Source: Bacteroidota bacterium | Lineage (GTDB): Bacteria > Bacteroidota > Ignavibacteria > UBA10030 > UBA8401 | DNA: 49,705 bases | Reading direction: 5' to 3' | Assembly: GCA_031420755.1 (NCBI GenBank) | Contig: JANONI010000194.1 | Span: forward strand, 1-49,705 | Shown here: one piece after another, positions 19,895 to 29,190 of the stretch | How positions within the stretch are numbered: position 1 is the first letter of the stretch | Layout of the letters: each line of letters starts with the position of its first letter | Program-made: the position numbers and the translations under genes | The notes under the pieces: model-generated | Databases searched by the model: none | The model's input: only the letters and a program-made list of their open reading frames with translations | What the model was told of the DNA's origin: nothing

Positions 19895-20305
19895 ATGACA
19901 AATAAAAACTTTCAATTAGATATTGTAACACCTGCGAAAACGGTCTATTCCGGCGAGGTGCAAAGTTTTACCGCGCCCGGTGTAGTAGGAAATTTTCAAG
20001 TATTATTCAATCACGCACCATTGCTTTCCTCTGTCGGAGTCGGTGAAGTGAAGGTAATTGAAACAAACGGTACAAAATTATTATTTGCAATCAGCGGGGG
20101 CTTTGTTGAAGTGAAATCCAACAAAGTGATTTTGCTTGCCGAATCTGCCGAACGACCTGATGAGATCAATATCGCTCGCGCGGAAAAATCGAGAAAACGT
20201 GCGGACGAACGGTTAGCTGCAAAAGATAAATCAATTGATTCCGAACGTGCGCGGATTGCATTACTTCGGTCCATCAATCGATTGAAGATTGTAACGAAGA
20301 TATAA
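19895..20305 (+). CDS. atpC: F-type ATP synthase subunit epsilon
   Basis: The start MTNKNFQLDIVTPAKTVYSGEV..FTAPGVVGNFQVL.NHAPL is a typical epsilon N-terminus. The start was trimmed from the ORF-track TTG at 19832 to the ATG at 19895 (136 aa). Confidence 0.9.
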   Translation: MTNKNFQLDIVTPAKTVYSGEVQSFTAPGVVGNFQVLFNHAPLLSSVGVGEVKVIETNGTKLLFAISGGFVEVKSNKVILLAESAERPDEINIARAEKSRKRADERLAAKDKSIDSERARIALLRSINRLKIVTKI

Positions 20306-20322
20306 ATGAACACAAGTTTACC

Positions 20323-20360
20323 ATAGCCCACCGAATTTTTTTTTCGTGGGCTATTTTATT
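20323..20360 (+). terminator. Probable terminator after atpC
   Basis: A 9-bp stem (ATAGCCCAC at 20323-20331, GTGGGCTAT at 20346-20354) with a 14-nt T-rich loop, followed by TTTATT. It lies inside the ORF-track N-terminal extension of alr. Confidence 0.6.
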
Positions 20361-20414
20361 GTGGATGCAATTATTCTATTGCAGGCAACAATCCAAATCT
20401 TACTTCCTGAATTC

Positions 20415-21533
20415 ATGCGCCCGACATTTGCAGAAATAAATCTGGAAATTCTGAACACTAATCTGAAAAATATTCGGAAAAAGATTGGTCAACATCCTCT
20501 TATTATGGCTGTTGTAAAAGCAAATGCGTACGGTCATGGTGTTCTTCCGGTAGTGCGGTCAATTATAAAAAATAAAACCGCTGAATATTTTGGAGTGGCG
20601 TTGGTTGAAGAGGGAATCGAATTGCGTAAAGAAAACATACGATATCCAATCCATGTATTCACTATGCCACATCGTGAACAATTGAATCTTTTTGTATCGC
20701 ATGATCTTGAAGCAACGATCTGTGATTTAGCGATTGCGCAACGATTAAATACACTTGCCAAACAAAAAGGAAAAAAAATTGCAATTCACATAAAGATCGA
20801 TACCGGAATGGGAAGGATCGGGGTTTCGATGACGGGAGCGGTTAAATTTGTCGAATCCGTTTCTTCGATGTCTAATCTTTTTGTGAAAGGGATATTCACC
20901 CATTTCGCCTCGTCGGATGAAAGCAATCTTTGCTTTGCCCATGAACAATTGAAAATATTCCGAACGATTGTTACACAATTAGAATTGAAAGGGATTCATA
21001 TTCCTTTGGTCCATTGCGCGAACAGCGGTGCAATTTTGCAAATGGAGGATTCATATTTTGATATGGTTCGACCAGGAATTATGATGTACGGTTACACACC
21101 ATCTCATGAAACAAATGCGAGTGTTGTGATAAAACCGGTTATGTCGCTTAAAGCAAAAGTTGGTTTTGTAAAAACGGTTCCCAAAGGAACAAGTATCAGC
21201 TATTCACGACGATATTTTACAGAAAAAACAACAACAATTGCCAGCGTTACAGTTGGGTATGCTGACGGATATTTTCGTACATTAACAAACAAAATATCGG
21301 TATTGATCAACGGAAAGAAATTTCCGGTGGTTGGTACAATTTGCATGGATCAGATCATGATAGATGTTGGCAATGCGAAAGTAAACGTTGGAGACGAAGT
21401 GGTGTTGATAGGAAAAAGCAAATCAAAAAATATATCAGCATGGGAAATTTCAGATAGTATTGGAACGATTCCATACGAAGTTACCTGCGCTGTTTCAAGT
21501 CGTGTTCCAAGAAAATATATCAATGCAAAATAA
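20415..21533 (+). CDS. alr: Alanine racemase
   Basis: The PLP-Lys motif AVVKANAYGHG, plus IKIDTGMGRIG, MYGY and GYADGY. The start was trimmed to the ATG at 20415 (372 aa) because the ORF-track start at 20346 lies within the atpC terminator hairpin. Confidence 0.9.
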   Translation: MRPTFAEINLEILNTNLKNIRKKIGQHPLIMAVVKANAYGHGVLPVVRSIIKNKTAEYFGVALVEEGIELRKENIRYPIHVFTMPHREQLNLFVSHDLEATICDLAIAQRLNTLAKQKGKKIAIHIKIDTGMGRIGVSMTGAVKFVESVSSMSNLFVKGIFTHFASSDESNLCFAHEQLKIFRTIVTQLELKGIHIPLVHCANSGAILQMEDSYFDMVRPGIMMYGYTPSHETNASVVIKPVMSLKAKVGFVKTVPKGTSISYSRRYFTEKTTTIASVTVGYADGYFRTLTNKISVLINGKKFPVVGTICMDQIMIDVGNAKVNVGDEVVLIGKSKSKNISAWEISDSIGTIPYEVTCAVSSRVPRKYINAK

Positions 21534-22464
21534 CGAACAATATTTGTTGCATGTGTTACATCGAACCAGTGCCGGATTAGTTGATAGTCTTATTCCAGCC
21601 CATGGTGCGAAATTGCAAAAACTTTTGGATAAGTTTTTGCAATCACTATCGCCGGAAATGGAAGTGAATTCGCTTATTCATGTTCAAGGATTTTCTAAAT
21701 GCGCTCTTGCGATGGAATGGTTGTTGAAGAAAACGAAAGCATCGAACAATTCATTTTCGCCGGAACAATTTGAAAGCGATATCCTTCTTCTGAATGAAAA
21801 ATTGTTCGAGGCATTCCTGAATCAGCCGTTCGATATGCCTGATTTTTCCAGAACATTTGAAGCACCGGTTCGACCAATACAAGATATTCACATCTCCGAC
21901 GATGAATTTTTCAGTTCCTCGTATTCACATACCGAGCTATCTCCAACTTCTTTAACAGATGCAGATGGTGGAAGTAATAAACAGATATCCGAACCTTCGT
22001 GGGATACGTCGACTCCGATGTTAGAATCGTTCGAATCGGCGTTAACAGCGGCACCGTCTGAATCCGGTCGAAGTGATTTGTCACCATCTCTTGCCGATGC
22101 AATGACTGCTGATTTGTTGGATGCGACTCAACGAGTTGCACAAAGCGCGATTGAATTTTCTGATAAACAGCCAAGTGAACGTGCGATTTCAATGTCGGTA
22201 CTTCGCGTTATTGCACGTTCAGCAATTGAATCAGCACAAAATACAAACAATATTATTGTGCAAGAGTTTTATGAAGCGCTGATTCGGCTTATCAGTTTTG
22301 CAGATGAACAAGGAAAAATTCGTACCGACATTGTTGCAGAGACAATTCATGATATTGGTGATAGACTGATGAACGCATTGCGCCAAACGAGCGGAGGAAT
22401 TACCACGTTACAGAATATCACAAAACATATTAACGATCCTAAAGCAATTCTATCGAACAAATAA
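21523..22464 (+). CDS. Hypothetical protein (two helical regions joined by an acidic S/T/P-rich linker)
   Basis: 313 aa from the ATG at 21523, overlapping the alr stop by 11 nt. The ORF-track start at 21460 would overlap alr by 74 nt. No motif was recognised. The stop lies 1 nt before the next gene. Confidence 0.5.
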   Translation: MQNNEQYLLHVLHRTSAGLVDSLIPAHGAKLQKLLDKFLQSLSPEMEVNSLIHVQGFSKCALAMEWLLKKTKASNNSFSPEQFESDILLLNEKLFEAFLNQPFDMPDFSRTFEAPVRPIQDIHISDDEFFSSSYSHTELSPTSLTDADGGSNKQISEPSWDTSTPMLESFESALTAAPSESGRSDLSPSLADAMTADLLDATQRVAQSAIEFSDKQPSERAISMSVLRVIARSAIESAQNTNNIIVQEFYEALIRLISFADEQGKIRTDIVAETIHDIGDRLMNALRQTSGGITTLQNITKHINDPKAILSNK

Positions 22465-22465
22465 T

Positions 22466-23563
22466 ATGGAACAACAATTATCCGTATATGCAGTAATCAT
22501 GGCCGGCGGTGTTGGTTCTCGTTTCTGGCCTCGCAGCCGAGAAAAAAATCCGAAACAGTTATTGGAGATTGTCGGCGATGGATCGATGTTACAACATACC
22601 GTAAGGCGGTTGAAAGGTTTTGTTAAAGAGAAAAACGTTTTTATTGTTACGAATAAACTTCAAAAGAATGCCATCATCAAACAACTTCCCAATGTTCCTG
22701 TTGAAAATATTATTGTTGAACCGGTTGGAAGAAATACCGCACCATGCATCGGGCTTGCAGCGTTATTCATTGATCGTCTTGATCCAAAGGGAATAATGAT
22801 TGTTCTCCCAGCCGATCATCTTATCGGCAATGAACCGGAATTTATACGGATATTAGAAACCGCATCGCAGGTAGCACATATAACATCAGGGCTGGTAACC
22901 ATTGGAATTCATCCCACCCATCCTGAAACAGGCTATGGTTATATTCAGGTAAAAGACAAGGGCGAAGAGACACAGCCGGTAAACATTGACGGTGTATTTG
23001 AAGTAAAAACATTTGCTGAGAAACCGAATTATGCAACAGCGGTAAAATTTTTGGAGAGCGGAGATTTTTATTGGAACAGCGGAATGTTTGTTTGGCGGGT
23101 GGATACAATTCTGAATGAGATCCATAAGAGTTTACCGGAATTGCATACACAATTGATCAATTTACAACATTCTATCGGTACACCATTGTTTGATCACAAT
23201 CTTGAGACGGCATATGGAATGATTCGTGGAATTTCGATTGATTACGGTGTAATGGAGAAGGCTCAGCGAGTGTACGCTGTTAAAGGTGATTTTGGATGGA
23301 ATGATCTCGGTTCGTGGGATGAAGTGAACCGGCTTTCACCAAAGGACGAGCAAGGGAACTACCTTCATGGAAAAACAATTTCTATCAACTCAAAAAATAC
23401 CTATATCCATACATCCGATAAAATTGTTGCTGTTGTTGGGGTTGAAGATATAATTGTCATCAACACTCCGGATGCAATTTTAATATGTAAAAAGGGAGCA
23501 TCGCAGGATGTTAAGGAAGTTGTTGATTATTTGAAACGTAAACAGATGAATGAATATCTTTAG
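22466..23563 (+). CDS. Mannose-1-phosphate guanylyltransferase-type sugar nucleotidyltransferase
   Basis: AVIMAGGVGSRFWPRSREKNPKQLL, VLPADHLI, GYGYI, FAEKP and WNSGMFVW are typical of the ManC/CpsB N-terminal transferase domain. Confidence 0.85.
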   Translation: MEQQLSVYAVIMAGGVGSRFWPRSREKNPKQLLEIVGDGSMLQHTVRRLKGFVKEKNVFIVTNKLQKNAIIKQLPNVPVENIIVEPVGRNTAPCIGLAALFIDRLDPKGIMIVLPADHLIGNEPEFIRILETASQVAHITSGLVTIGIHPTHPETGYGYIQVKDKGEETQPVNIDGVFEVKTFAEKPNYATAVKFLESGDFYWNSGMFVWRVDTILNEIHKSLPELHTQLINLQHSIGTPLFDHNLETAYGMIRGISIDYGVMEKAQRVYAVKGDFGWNDLGSWDEVNRLSPKDEQGNYLHGKTISINSKNTYIHTSDKIVAVVGVEDIIVINTPDAILICKKGASQDVKEVVDYLKRKQMNEYL

Positions 23564-23573
23564 AAAGTAAAAA

Positions 23574-24068
23574 GTGATAAAGAAAAAATCTAAAAGTTTT
23601 CTTATACTTTTTTTATCTAACAGCTTTAACAAATCTATCTGCTTTTTACTTTTAACTTTTTACTTATCTTCATGTGCCTCGTCTCCTCGTTTTACAAAAG
23701 AACGATATGCAGAGCCGAAAGTCAACCCTTCAAAAATTCCTGCAAAAAGTTCATCTGGTAAAGCTACAGTGTATACAGGAATTGCTTCGTATTATGCGCA
23801 CGATTTTCATGGAAAAAAAACGGCAAATGGTGAAATATTCGACATGCACCAGCTCACGGCTGCGCATCGCTCGTTTCCATTCAATACAAAAGTTCGTGTG
23901 ACAAATCTGGATAATGGAAAATCTTGCATTGTTCGGGTGAATGATCGAGGTCCATTCAAACTGATAAGAATTATCGATCTATCACGTGGTGCCGCCGAAG
24001 CGTTGGATATGATCAAAACCGGAACCGCATCTGTTCAATTAGAAGTTGTTGAATGGGGAAGTGAGTAG
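23574..24068 (+). CDS. rlpA: RlpA-family septal-ring lytic transglycosylase lipoprotein (DPBB domain)
   Basis: Lipobox LSSC, then GIASYYAHDFHGKKTANGEIFD...LTAAHRSFPFNTKVRVTNL.NGKS..VRVNDRGPF. It uses a GTG start. Confidence 0.8.
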   Translation: MIKKKSKSFLILFLSNSFNKSICFLLLTFYLSSCASSPRFTKERYAEPKVNPSKIPAKSSSGKATVYTGIASYYAHDFHGKKTANGEIFDMHQLTAAHRSFPFNTKVRVTNLDNGKSCIVRVNDRGPFKLIRIIDLSRGAAEALDMIKTGTASVQLEVVEWGSE

Positions 24069-24082
24069 TATTTTTTTTTGCA

Positions 24083-24130
24083 GATGTCGGACACCTAAGA
24101 GAAAAATAACGAAGGTGTCGGACATCTTTA
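24083..24130. terminator. Shared hairpin between convergent rlpA and the DUF4835 gene
   Basis: GATGTCGGACACC (24083-24095) pairs with GGTGTCGGACATC (24114-24126) with one central mismatch, followed by TTTAGTTTTTT. It belongs to the same GATGTMGGACACC hairpin family as 3431-3461. Confidence 0.5.
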
Positions 24131-24182
24131 GTTTTTTGAGGATGTTTTGAAGAAAAAATAACGAAGGTATCAGACATCTTTA
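24099..24182 (+). repeat. Direct duplication of a ~32-bp unit
   Basis: GAGAAAAATAACGAAGGTGTCGGACATCTTTA (24099-24130) and AAGAAAAAATAACGAAGGTATCAGACATCTTTA (24150-24182). The second copy ends on the stop codon of the minus-strand DUF4835 gene. Confidence 0.8.
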
Positions 24183-25067
24183 TTTTCCTTTTACCGCTTC
24201 TTCATACGAATTTTGATGTGCCTGATCAAGCTGTATCAACAATTGAAATACTCCTTTATCAGGATAGTCTTTCAATACATCCGCAAGCTCACCGTATTTT
24301 GTATCAAAAAAAGATTTGAAAAGAATTGTTCTCGGATTTGACGTTTCTTTGATCTTCTTGATATTGTTTAACATCACTTGAATGTTCTCAAATCCTTTAT
24401 CAGGTTTTGTTGCAAGCAGATCCAACCCGCGATAATGATATGAATACCATCCTTCGCGGAACAGTTGATTGTTCGGATTCAATATTTCTTCCACTAAATT
24501 ATATTTTGCGTACGTTGATCCTGATGCGCGTTCCCAACCTTTTGCCTTTGATGGTGCTTGGTTACAAATCGTGAACGCTTTTCTGAAGTACGGTGTCCCG
24601 CTCGACTTTTGATATGAATCATAATCAAATCCGAGTATCAAATACATATAAAAATCAAGGAAGTCTGTTAGTGGATCGTATTGCGTTTCATTGCGGTATA
24701 ACGGCTGTCCGCTGACATACGTGAATTCCCACTTGTCATCAAAAATTCGGACCATCGGTGTATTTTTTGTGGAAGGATTTTTACCAGCAAAAATTGGGCG
24801 CGAACTGCCGATAAATGCCTGTGCAGTAAAAGAATTGGGATCGGAAGCACCGGTGATAAAAATATTGATTGTACATTTTATTTTTTCACCGCCAAGATCA
24901 TCGGTTGACCATTTTTGAGAATTTACGTAGCTTTCAACATCACGCTCTAAGTTTTGCAGCCGATCTTTGGCTGCTGAAATCTGATCGAGATTAACCGTTA
25001 CATCGCATTCAATTTGAGAATAACCGATTACTGAAGCGGCAAAAAATAAGAAAATAAAACGCAGCAT
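24180..25067 (-). CDS. DUF4835-like secreted protein (family associated with type IX secretion in Bacteroidota)
   Basis: Signal peptide MLRFIFLFFAASVIGYSQ. The overall length and sequence character resemble DUF4835 proteins, by recollection only. The start was trimmed from the TTG at 25082 to the ATG at 25067. Confidence 0.5.
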   Translation of the reverse strand: MLRFIFLFFAASVIGYSQIECDVTVNLDQISAAKDRLQNLERDVESYVNSQKWSTDDLGGEKIKCTINIFITGASDPNSFTAQAFIGSSRPIFAGKNPSTKNTPMVRIFDDKWEFTYVSGQPLYRNETQYDPLTDFLDFYMYLILGFDYDSYQKSSGTPYFRKAFTICNQAPSKAKGWERASGSTYAKYNLVEEILNPNNQLFREGWYSYHYRGLDLLATKPDKGFENIQVMLNNIKKIKETSNPRTILFKSFFDTKYGELADVLKDYPDKGVFQLLIQLDQAHQNSYEEAVKGK

Positions 25068-25089
25068 TTTAAAACCTTTCAAGTCTGTT

Positions 25090-25905
25090 ATGAATCAATA
25101 TAAAGTTTTCATTCTGCTCATTCAAGTCTTTCTCATTGTTCAAATTTTGTCCGCAAGTTTTGAAAGAACCGCACAACCGACCGCTTTGTTTGGTAGGGGA
25201 ATGAGCGGTTCCGCATTATTCAACACAGAAAATGTTTGGTTGAATCCTGCTTCGATTGCTAAAAATTCGTCGTTAACAACTTCATTGTTCTATTCTCCGT
25301 CTCCGTTTCAACTATCTCAGCTTTCGCATTTTGGGTTAACCACAATTAAAAATGTTGACGGATTGAATTTCGCAGCGGGATTCACTTCGTTTGGTTTTTC
25401 GTTATACCGCGAAACATCGTTATCAATTTCTGCCGCAACAATGTTTACAGAATCATTCGGTGCCGGTTTGAACATTCACGGAAATCATCTTTCAATACAC
25501 ACGTATGGTTCTGCAACCACTGCTGTTCTTGATCTGGGTGCGATTATTTCTGCAGCCGAAAATTTGAATATTGGCATTTCTCTCAACAATATCGGTCGCT
25601 CAACATTTGGAGCTGACGATGATATTCCGCAAACATTCATTACCGGTTTTTCCTATTCACTAATGGAAAATGCAACCGTTGCTGCTGATCTTGTTTACGA
25701 TGTTCGATATTCAACCGGATACCGTGCCGGAATTGAATTTTCTCCACATGAGATTGTAACACTTCGCGCCGGAACACAAAGCGAACAATCTCGAATGTAT
25801 GTCGGAATGGGAATTAACATCTTTTCATTTCAAATAGATTACGGAATTGCAACACACTCGGAACTTGGTCTTACCCATTCAATTGGAATTACCTTCTCAA
25901 ATTAA
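25090..25905 (+). CDS. Putative outer-membrane beta-barrel protein, PorV/PorQ-like
   Basis: A signal peptide, then ALFGRGMSGSALFNTENVWLNPASIA (resembling the GMGGA...NPA motif of the PorV/PorQ/UPF0164 family), alternating beta-strand character, and a C-terminal ...GITFSN. Confidence 0.4.
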   Translation: MNQYKVFILLIQVFLIVQILSASFERTAQPTALFGRGMSGSALFNTENVWLNPASIAKNSSLTTSLFYSPSPFQLSQLSHFGLTTIKNVDGLNFAAGFTSFGFSLYRETSLSISAATMFTESFGAGLNIHGNHLSIHTYGSATTAVLDLGAIISAAENLNIGISLNNIGRSTFGADDDIPQTFITGFSYSLMENATVAADLVYDVRYSTGYRAGIEFSPHEIVTLRAGTQSEQSRMYVGMGINIFSFQIDYGIATHSELGLTHSIGITFSN

Positions 25906-25944
25906 TTGCATTGTATCTGAATAAACAATTCTGATTGTGCCTGA

Positions 25945-27909
25945 ATGATTAAAACTACTTTGCTATTCATACTGTTTGTTGTTGCGGCAGGTCAAATTGT
26001 GCAATCGCAAGACACGTCTCGAACTTCCGATCAAGAAGTGATCGAATCCATTCTCGATAATGCGTCTGACGAACAGGATATGCAAAGTTTTGGTGAAGAA
26101 CTTGAATATTTCCGTGAACATCCGGTTAATATCTTAAAACCAAACTATAGCGAACTGATAAAACTACCTTTTGTTTCTTCGTTGCTCGCTGAAGCAATAA
26201 TATTATACACTGATACGGTAGAAATTATCTCTGTTGAACAGCTCCGCTCCGTTTCTCTGATGACACCAGTATTGTTTGACCAGCTTTTGCCATTCATTAC
26301 CATCGAACGACCGAATGTTTATTCCTTCGGTATTAATTTAATACCGTTACGCGTTAATTCTCGAACACGATTAGAACGGCGTGTGCAGCTTACCGATGGA
26401 TTTAGAAATTCTAAATTTCTTGGTGATGCAAACGGATCGTATCAACGAATAAAAATTGCTAATGCTAATTTTGAAATTGCGGCATTAGCCGAAAAAGATG
26501 TTGGCGAACGATATAACGATGGTCTTCTTGCCGGCTATCTTTCGATAAAAAATATATCGGTGGTGAAAAATTTAGTTTTCGGCAACTATAATATTTCTGC
26601 CGGACAAGGACTTGTGCTTGCAAAGAATATTTCCACGTCAAAAGGAAGCGATGCTATTGGTCAAACACGAAAACGTGGAAGTGTAATTTCGCCAAGCGTT
26701 TCTACAGACGAGTACCGATATTTTTATGGAACCGCAGCACGATTCACATTTCATGATGTTTTGGTAACAGGGTTTTATTCAACAAGAAAACTTCCTGCTT
26801 CAATAGATACCGATGGTGTTGCAACAAGTTTTTATACTTCGGGTGTTTATAGAACTGTTAATGACTTACAACGACAAAACACATTAGGAGAAAAAGTAAT
26901 TGGCGGTAAAATTGATTATTTAGTTGATGCAACAAAAACTATATCGTTGAATCTTATGAATGTTGCGTATCAAAATTACCTTAAACCAACACTGTTTGAT
27001 TTACACGGAAGAAAATCTATCTCGGCAGGAAGTCTTTCATGGGAGATACCTTTTTACGGCTTTGTTACCTTTGGTGAAGCAGCAACCAATAATGGTGATC
27101 AATTTAGTAAAGCAATCGGTGTTGTTTACTCAATAACAAAATCGTTTGCTGTAAGTTATCACCACCGAGCGTTCACCAAAGGATATACAAGTCCGTTTGC
27201 GCGTCCATTTGGTGAGCGGGATAATATCGGCGATGGAGAATTAGGAAACTATCTTGGCTTAGAAATTCGTGATAAAAATACGAACATCAACTCATACATC
27301 GATCAATATTACCTTCCATCGGTCAGCAATGGATTTGGAGTAACCGGAAGAGATATGCTAATCCATATTCAAGAATCGATTTCACGCCAACTTGAATTTA
27401 CTTTTCAAATTCGGAATAAGACCAAATCACAAATTGAGATTCGTAATGCAGACGATGAACGGAGTCAAACAAATTATCGTATCGCTTACAAATTCAAGGC
27501 AAGTCCGCAATTTTCATTGTCCCAGCGATTTGAATTTGTGAAGGTCTCTTATCATCCTTCACGATATAATGAAAATGGATTTCTCACGTTTGTTGAAGGT
27601 GTATTAAGAAATAGAAAAAAAGGAATAACATTAAAAGCTCGCTGTATTTTCTTTGACACACAATCGTACGACTCGCGGCTCTATCAATACGAGTCGGACG
27701 TTGCGGGAAATTTTTCAAATCCTCCAATCTATGGAAAAGGTATTCGCTGGTATATGATTGCAGGATATGAGTTCGTTGAAAACTTTCACCTTTCATTCAA
27801 ATATTCGGAAACTAAAAAGTTGAATGAAGTTGTGTTAGGAAGCGGAGATGACGAGATACGAGGGAATGTGGACAATCGAATTGCTGTGCAATTCGATTTC
27901 GAGTTCTAA
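25945..27909 (+). CDS. Large outer-membrane protein with N-terminal helix-hairpin-helix-like region
   Basis: A signal peptide, an N-terminal region (NYSELIKLPFVSSLLAEAII) resembling ComEA-type HhH, a long beta-rich body, and the C-terminal aromatic signature QFDFEF. Confidence 0.4.
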   Translation: MIKTTLLFILFVVAAGQIVQSQDTSRTSDQEVIESILDNASDEQDMQSFGEELEYFREHPVNILKPNYSELIKLPFVSSLLAEAIILYTDTVEIISVEQLRSVSLMTPVLFDQLLPFITIERPNVYSFGINLIPLRVNSRTRLERRVQLTDGFRNSKFLGDANGSYQRIKIANANFEIAALAEKDVGERYNDGLLAGYLSIKNISVVKNLVFGNYNISAGQGLVLAKNISTSKGSDAIGQTRKRGSVISPSVSTDEYRYFYGTAARFTFHDVLVTGFYSTRKLPASIDTDGVATSFYTSGVYRTVNDLQRQNTLGEKVIGGKIDYLVDATKTISLNLMNVAYQNYLKPTLFDLHGRKSISAGSLSWEIPFYGFVTFGEAATNNGDQFSKAIGVVYSITKSFAVSYHHRAFTKGYTSPFARPFGERDNIGDGELGNYLGLEIRDKNTNINSYIDQYYLPSVSNGFGVTGRDMLIHIQESISRQLEFTFQIRNKTKSQIEIRNADDERSQTNYRIAYKFKASPQFSLSQRFEFVKVSYHPSRYNENGFLTFVEGVLRNRKKGITLKARCIFFDTQSYDSRLYQYESDVAGNFSNPPIYGKGIRWYMIAGYEFVENFHLSFKYSETKKLNEVVLGSGDDEIRGNVDNRIAVQFDFEF

Positions 27910-27932
27910 CGAAATTTTCGTAAATTATTGTA

Positions 27933-29057
27933 ATGAATAATCAAAACAAAAATAAAACAGTTGTTCTCGGTATGTCTGGCGGTGTCGATTCATCGGTGTG
28001 CGCGGCGTTATTGGTAGAGCAGGGATACAATGTTATCGGCATTACGATCAAAACATTCAACTACGATGATGTTGGCGGAACGATTGAAGGGGACAAGAGC
28101 TGCTGCTCATTGGATGGAATCAATGATGCGAGAATTATTGCGGCGAAGCTGGGTTTTCCTCATTATGTAATGGATTTTTCCGAAGTATTCGGGAAACAAG
28201 TGATCGATAATTTTATTGATGAATACATGCATGGTCGCACACCGAATCCGTGCGTAATTTGTAATCGAAAAATTAAATGGGAAGAATTGCTGCGCAAAGG
28301 AATGCAGCTCGGTGCGGATTATGTTGCCATGGGACATTACGCAAAATTGCGTATTGACGAATCAACGAATCGTTACGTGATTGCACGCGGCAAGGATGAA
28401 AAGAAAGATCAATCATATATGCTGTGGAATGTTACACAAGATTCATTGAGCCGTACGTTGTTTCCACTGGCAGATTATACGAAAGAAGAAGTGCGCGAAC
28501 TTGCCCGCAAATACAATCTTCGTACAGCAGAAAAAGGAGAAAGTTTTGAGATTTGTTTTATCACCGATAACAACTATGAACGATTCTTAAAACATAAATT
28601 ACCTCAGCTTGAAAAAGATGTTGCCGGCGGCAAGATTGTTTTGAGTAACGAAAAGATTGGCGAACATAATGGATTTCCGTTTTACACTGTAGGACAGAGA
28701 AAAGGTTTGGGAATTGCTCATCCCGATCCGTTATATGTTACATCCATCGATTTCAAAGAAAATAAAATCACCGTTGGATATGAAAAGGAATTGCTCCAGA
28801 CACAATTATTTGCTTCGCAGTTGAATCTGATTAAGTACGACAATTTGTTTAATGGAAAAAAATTAACGGTTAAGATTCGATACAAAGATACCGATGAACC
28901 TGCGGTCGTAACTCAACTTGACGGCAGTGGAAACGGCGAAGGTCGGATCAAAATCGATTTTGAAAATCCAAAGCGAGCAATCACGCCGGGTCAATCAGTT
29001 GTTTTTTATGAAGGGAACGATCTGGTTGGCGGAGCGATTATTGATTCAGCTAAATAA
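27933..29057 (+). CDS. mnmA: tRNA 2-thiouridine(34) synthase
   Basis: PP-loop VVLGMSGGVDSSV, plus CCSLDGINDA, TPNPCVICNRKIKW and KDQSYML. Confidence 0.95.
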   Translation: MNNQNKNKTVVLGMSGGVDSSVCAALLVEQGYNVIGITIKTFNYDDVGGTIEGDKSCCSLDGINDARIIAAKLGFPHYVMDFSEVFGKQVIDNFIDEYMHGRTPNPCVICNRKIKWEELLRKGMQLGADYVAMGHYAKLRIDESTNRYVIARGKDEKKDQSYMLWNVTQDSLSRTLFPLADYTKEEVRELARKYNLRTAEKGESFEICFITDNNYERFLKHKLPQLEKDVAGGKIVLSNEKIGEHNGFPFYTVGQRKGLGIAHPDPLYVTSIDFKENKITVGYEKELLQTQLFASQLNLIKYDNLFNGKKLTVKIRYKDTDEPAVVTQLDGSGNGEGRIKIDFENPKRAITPGQSVVFYEGNDLVGGAIIDSAK

Positions 29058-29083
29058 CTCAATTTACGTTATGCCCGTCCAAC

Positions 29084-29190
29084 GGACTCAGACTGTGTGA
29101 AAAGTCAAATTTTACGATATATATCCCCGAAATCTCAAAGATTTCGGGGATATTGACGCTTAAATAATAGTTTTCACACAGTCTGACTCC
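29084..29190 (+). repeat. Nested-palindrome intergenic repeat, copy 3
   Basis: Outer 20-bp arms GGACTCAGACTGTGTGAAAA (29084-29103) and TTTTCACACAGTCTGACTCC (29171-29190) have 1 mismatch. The inner hairpin is ATATCCCCGAAATC (29121-29134) with GATTTCGGGGATAT (29140-29153). Confidence 0.9.
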
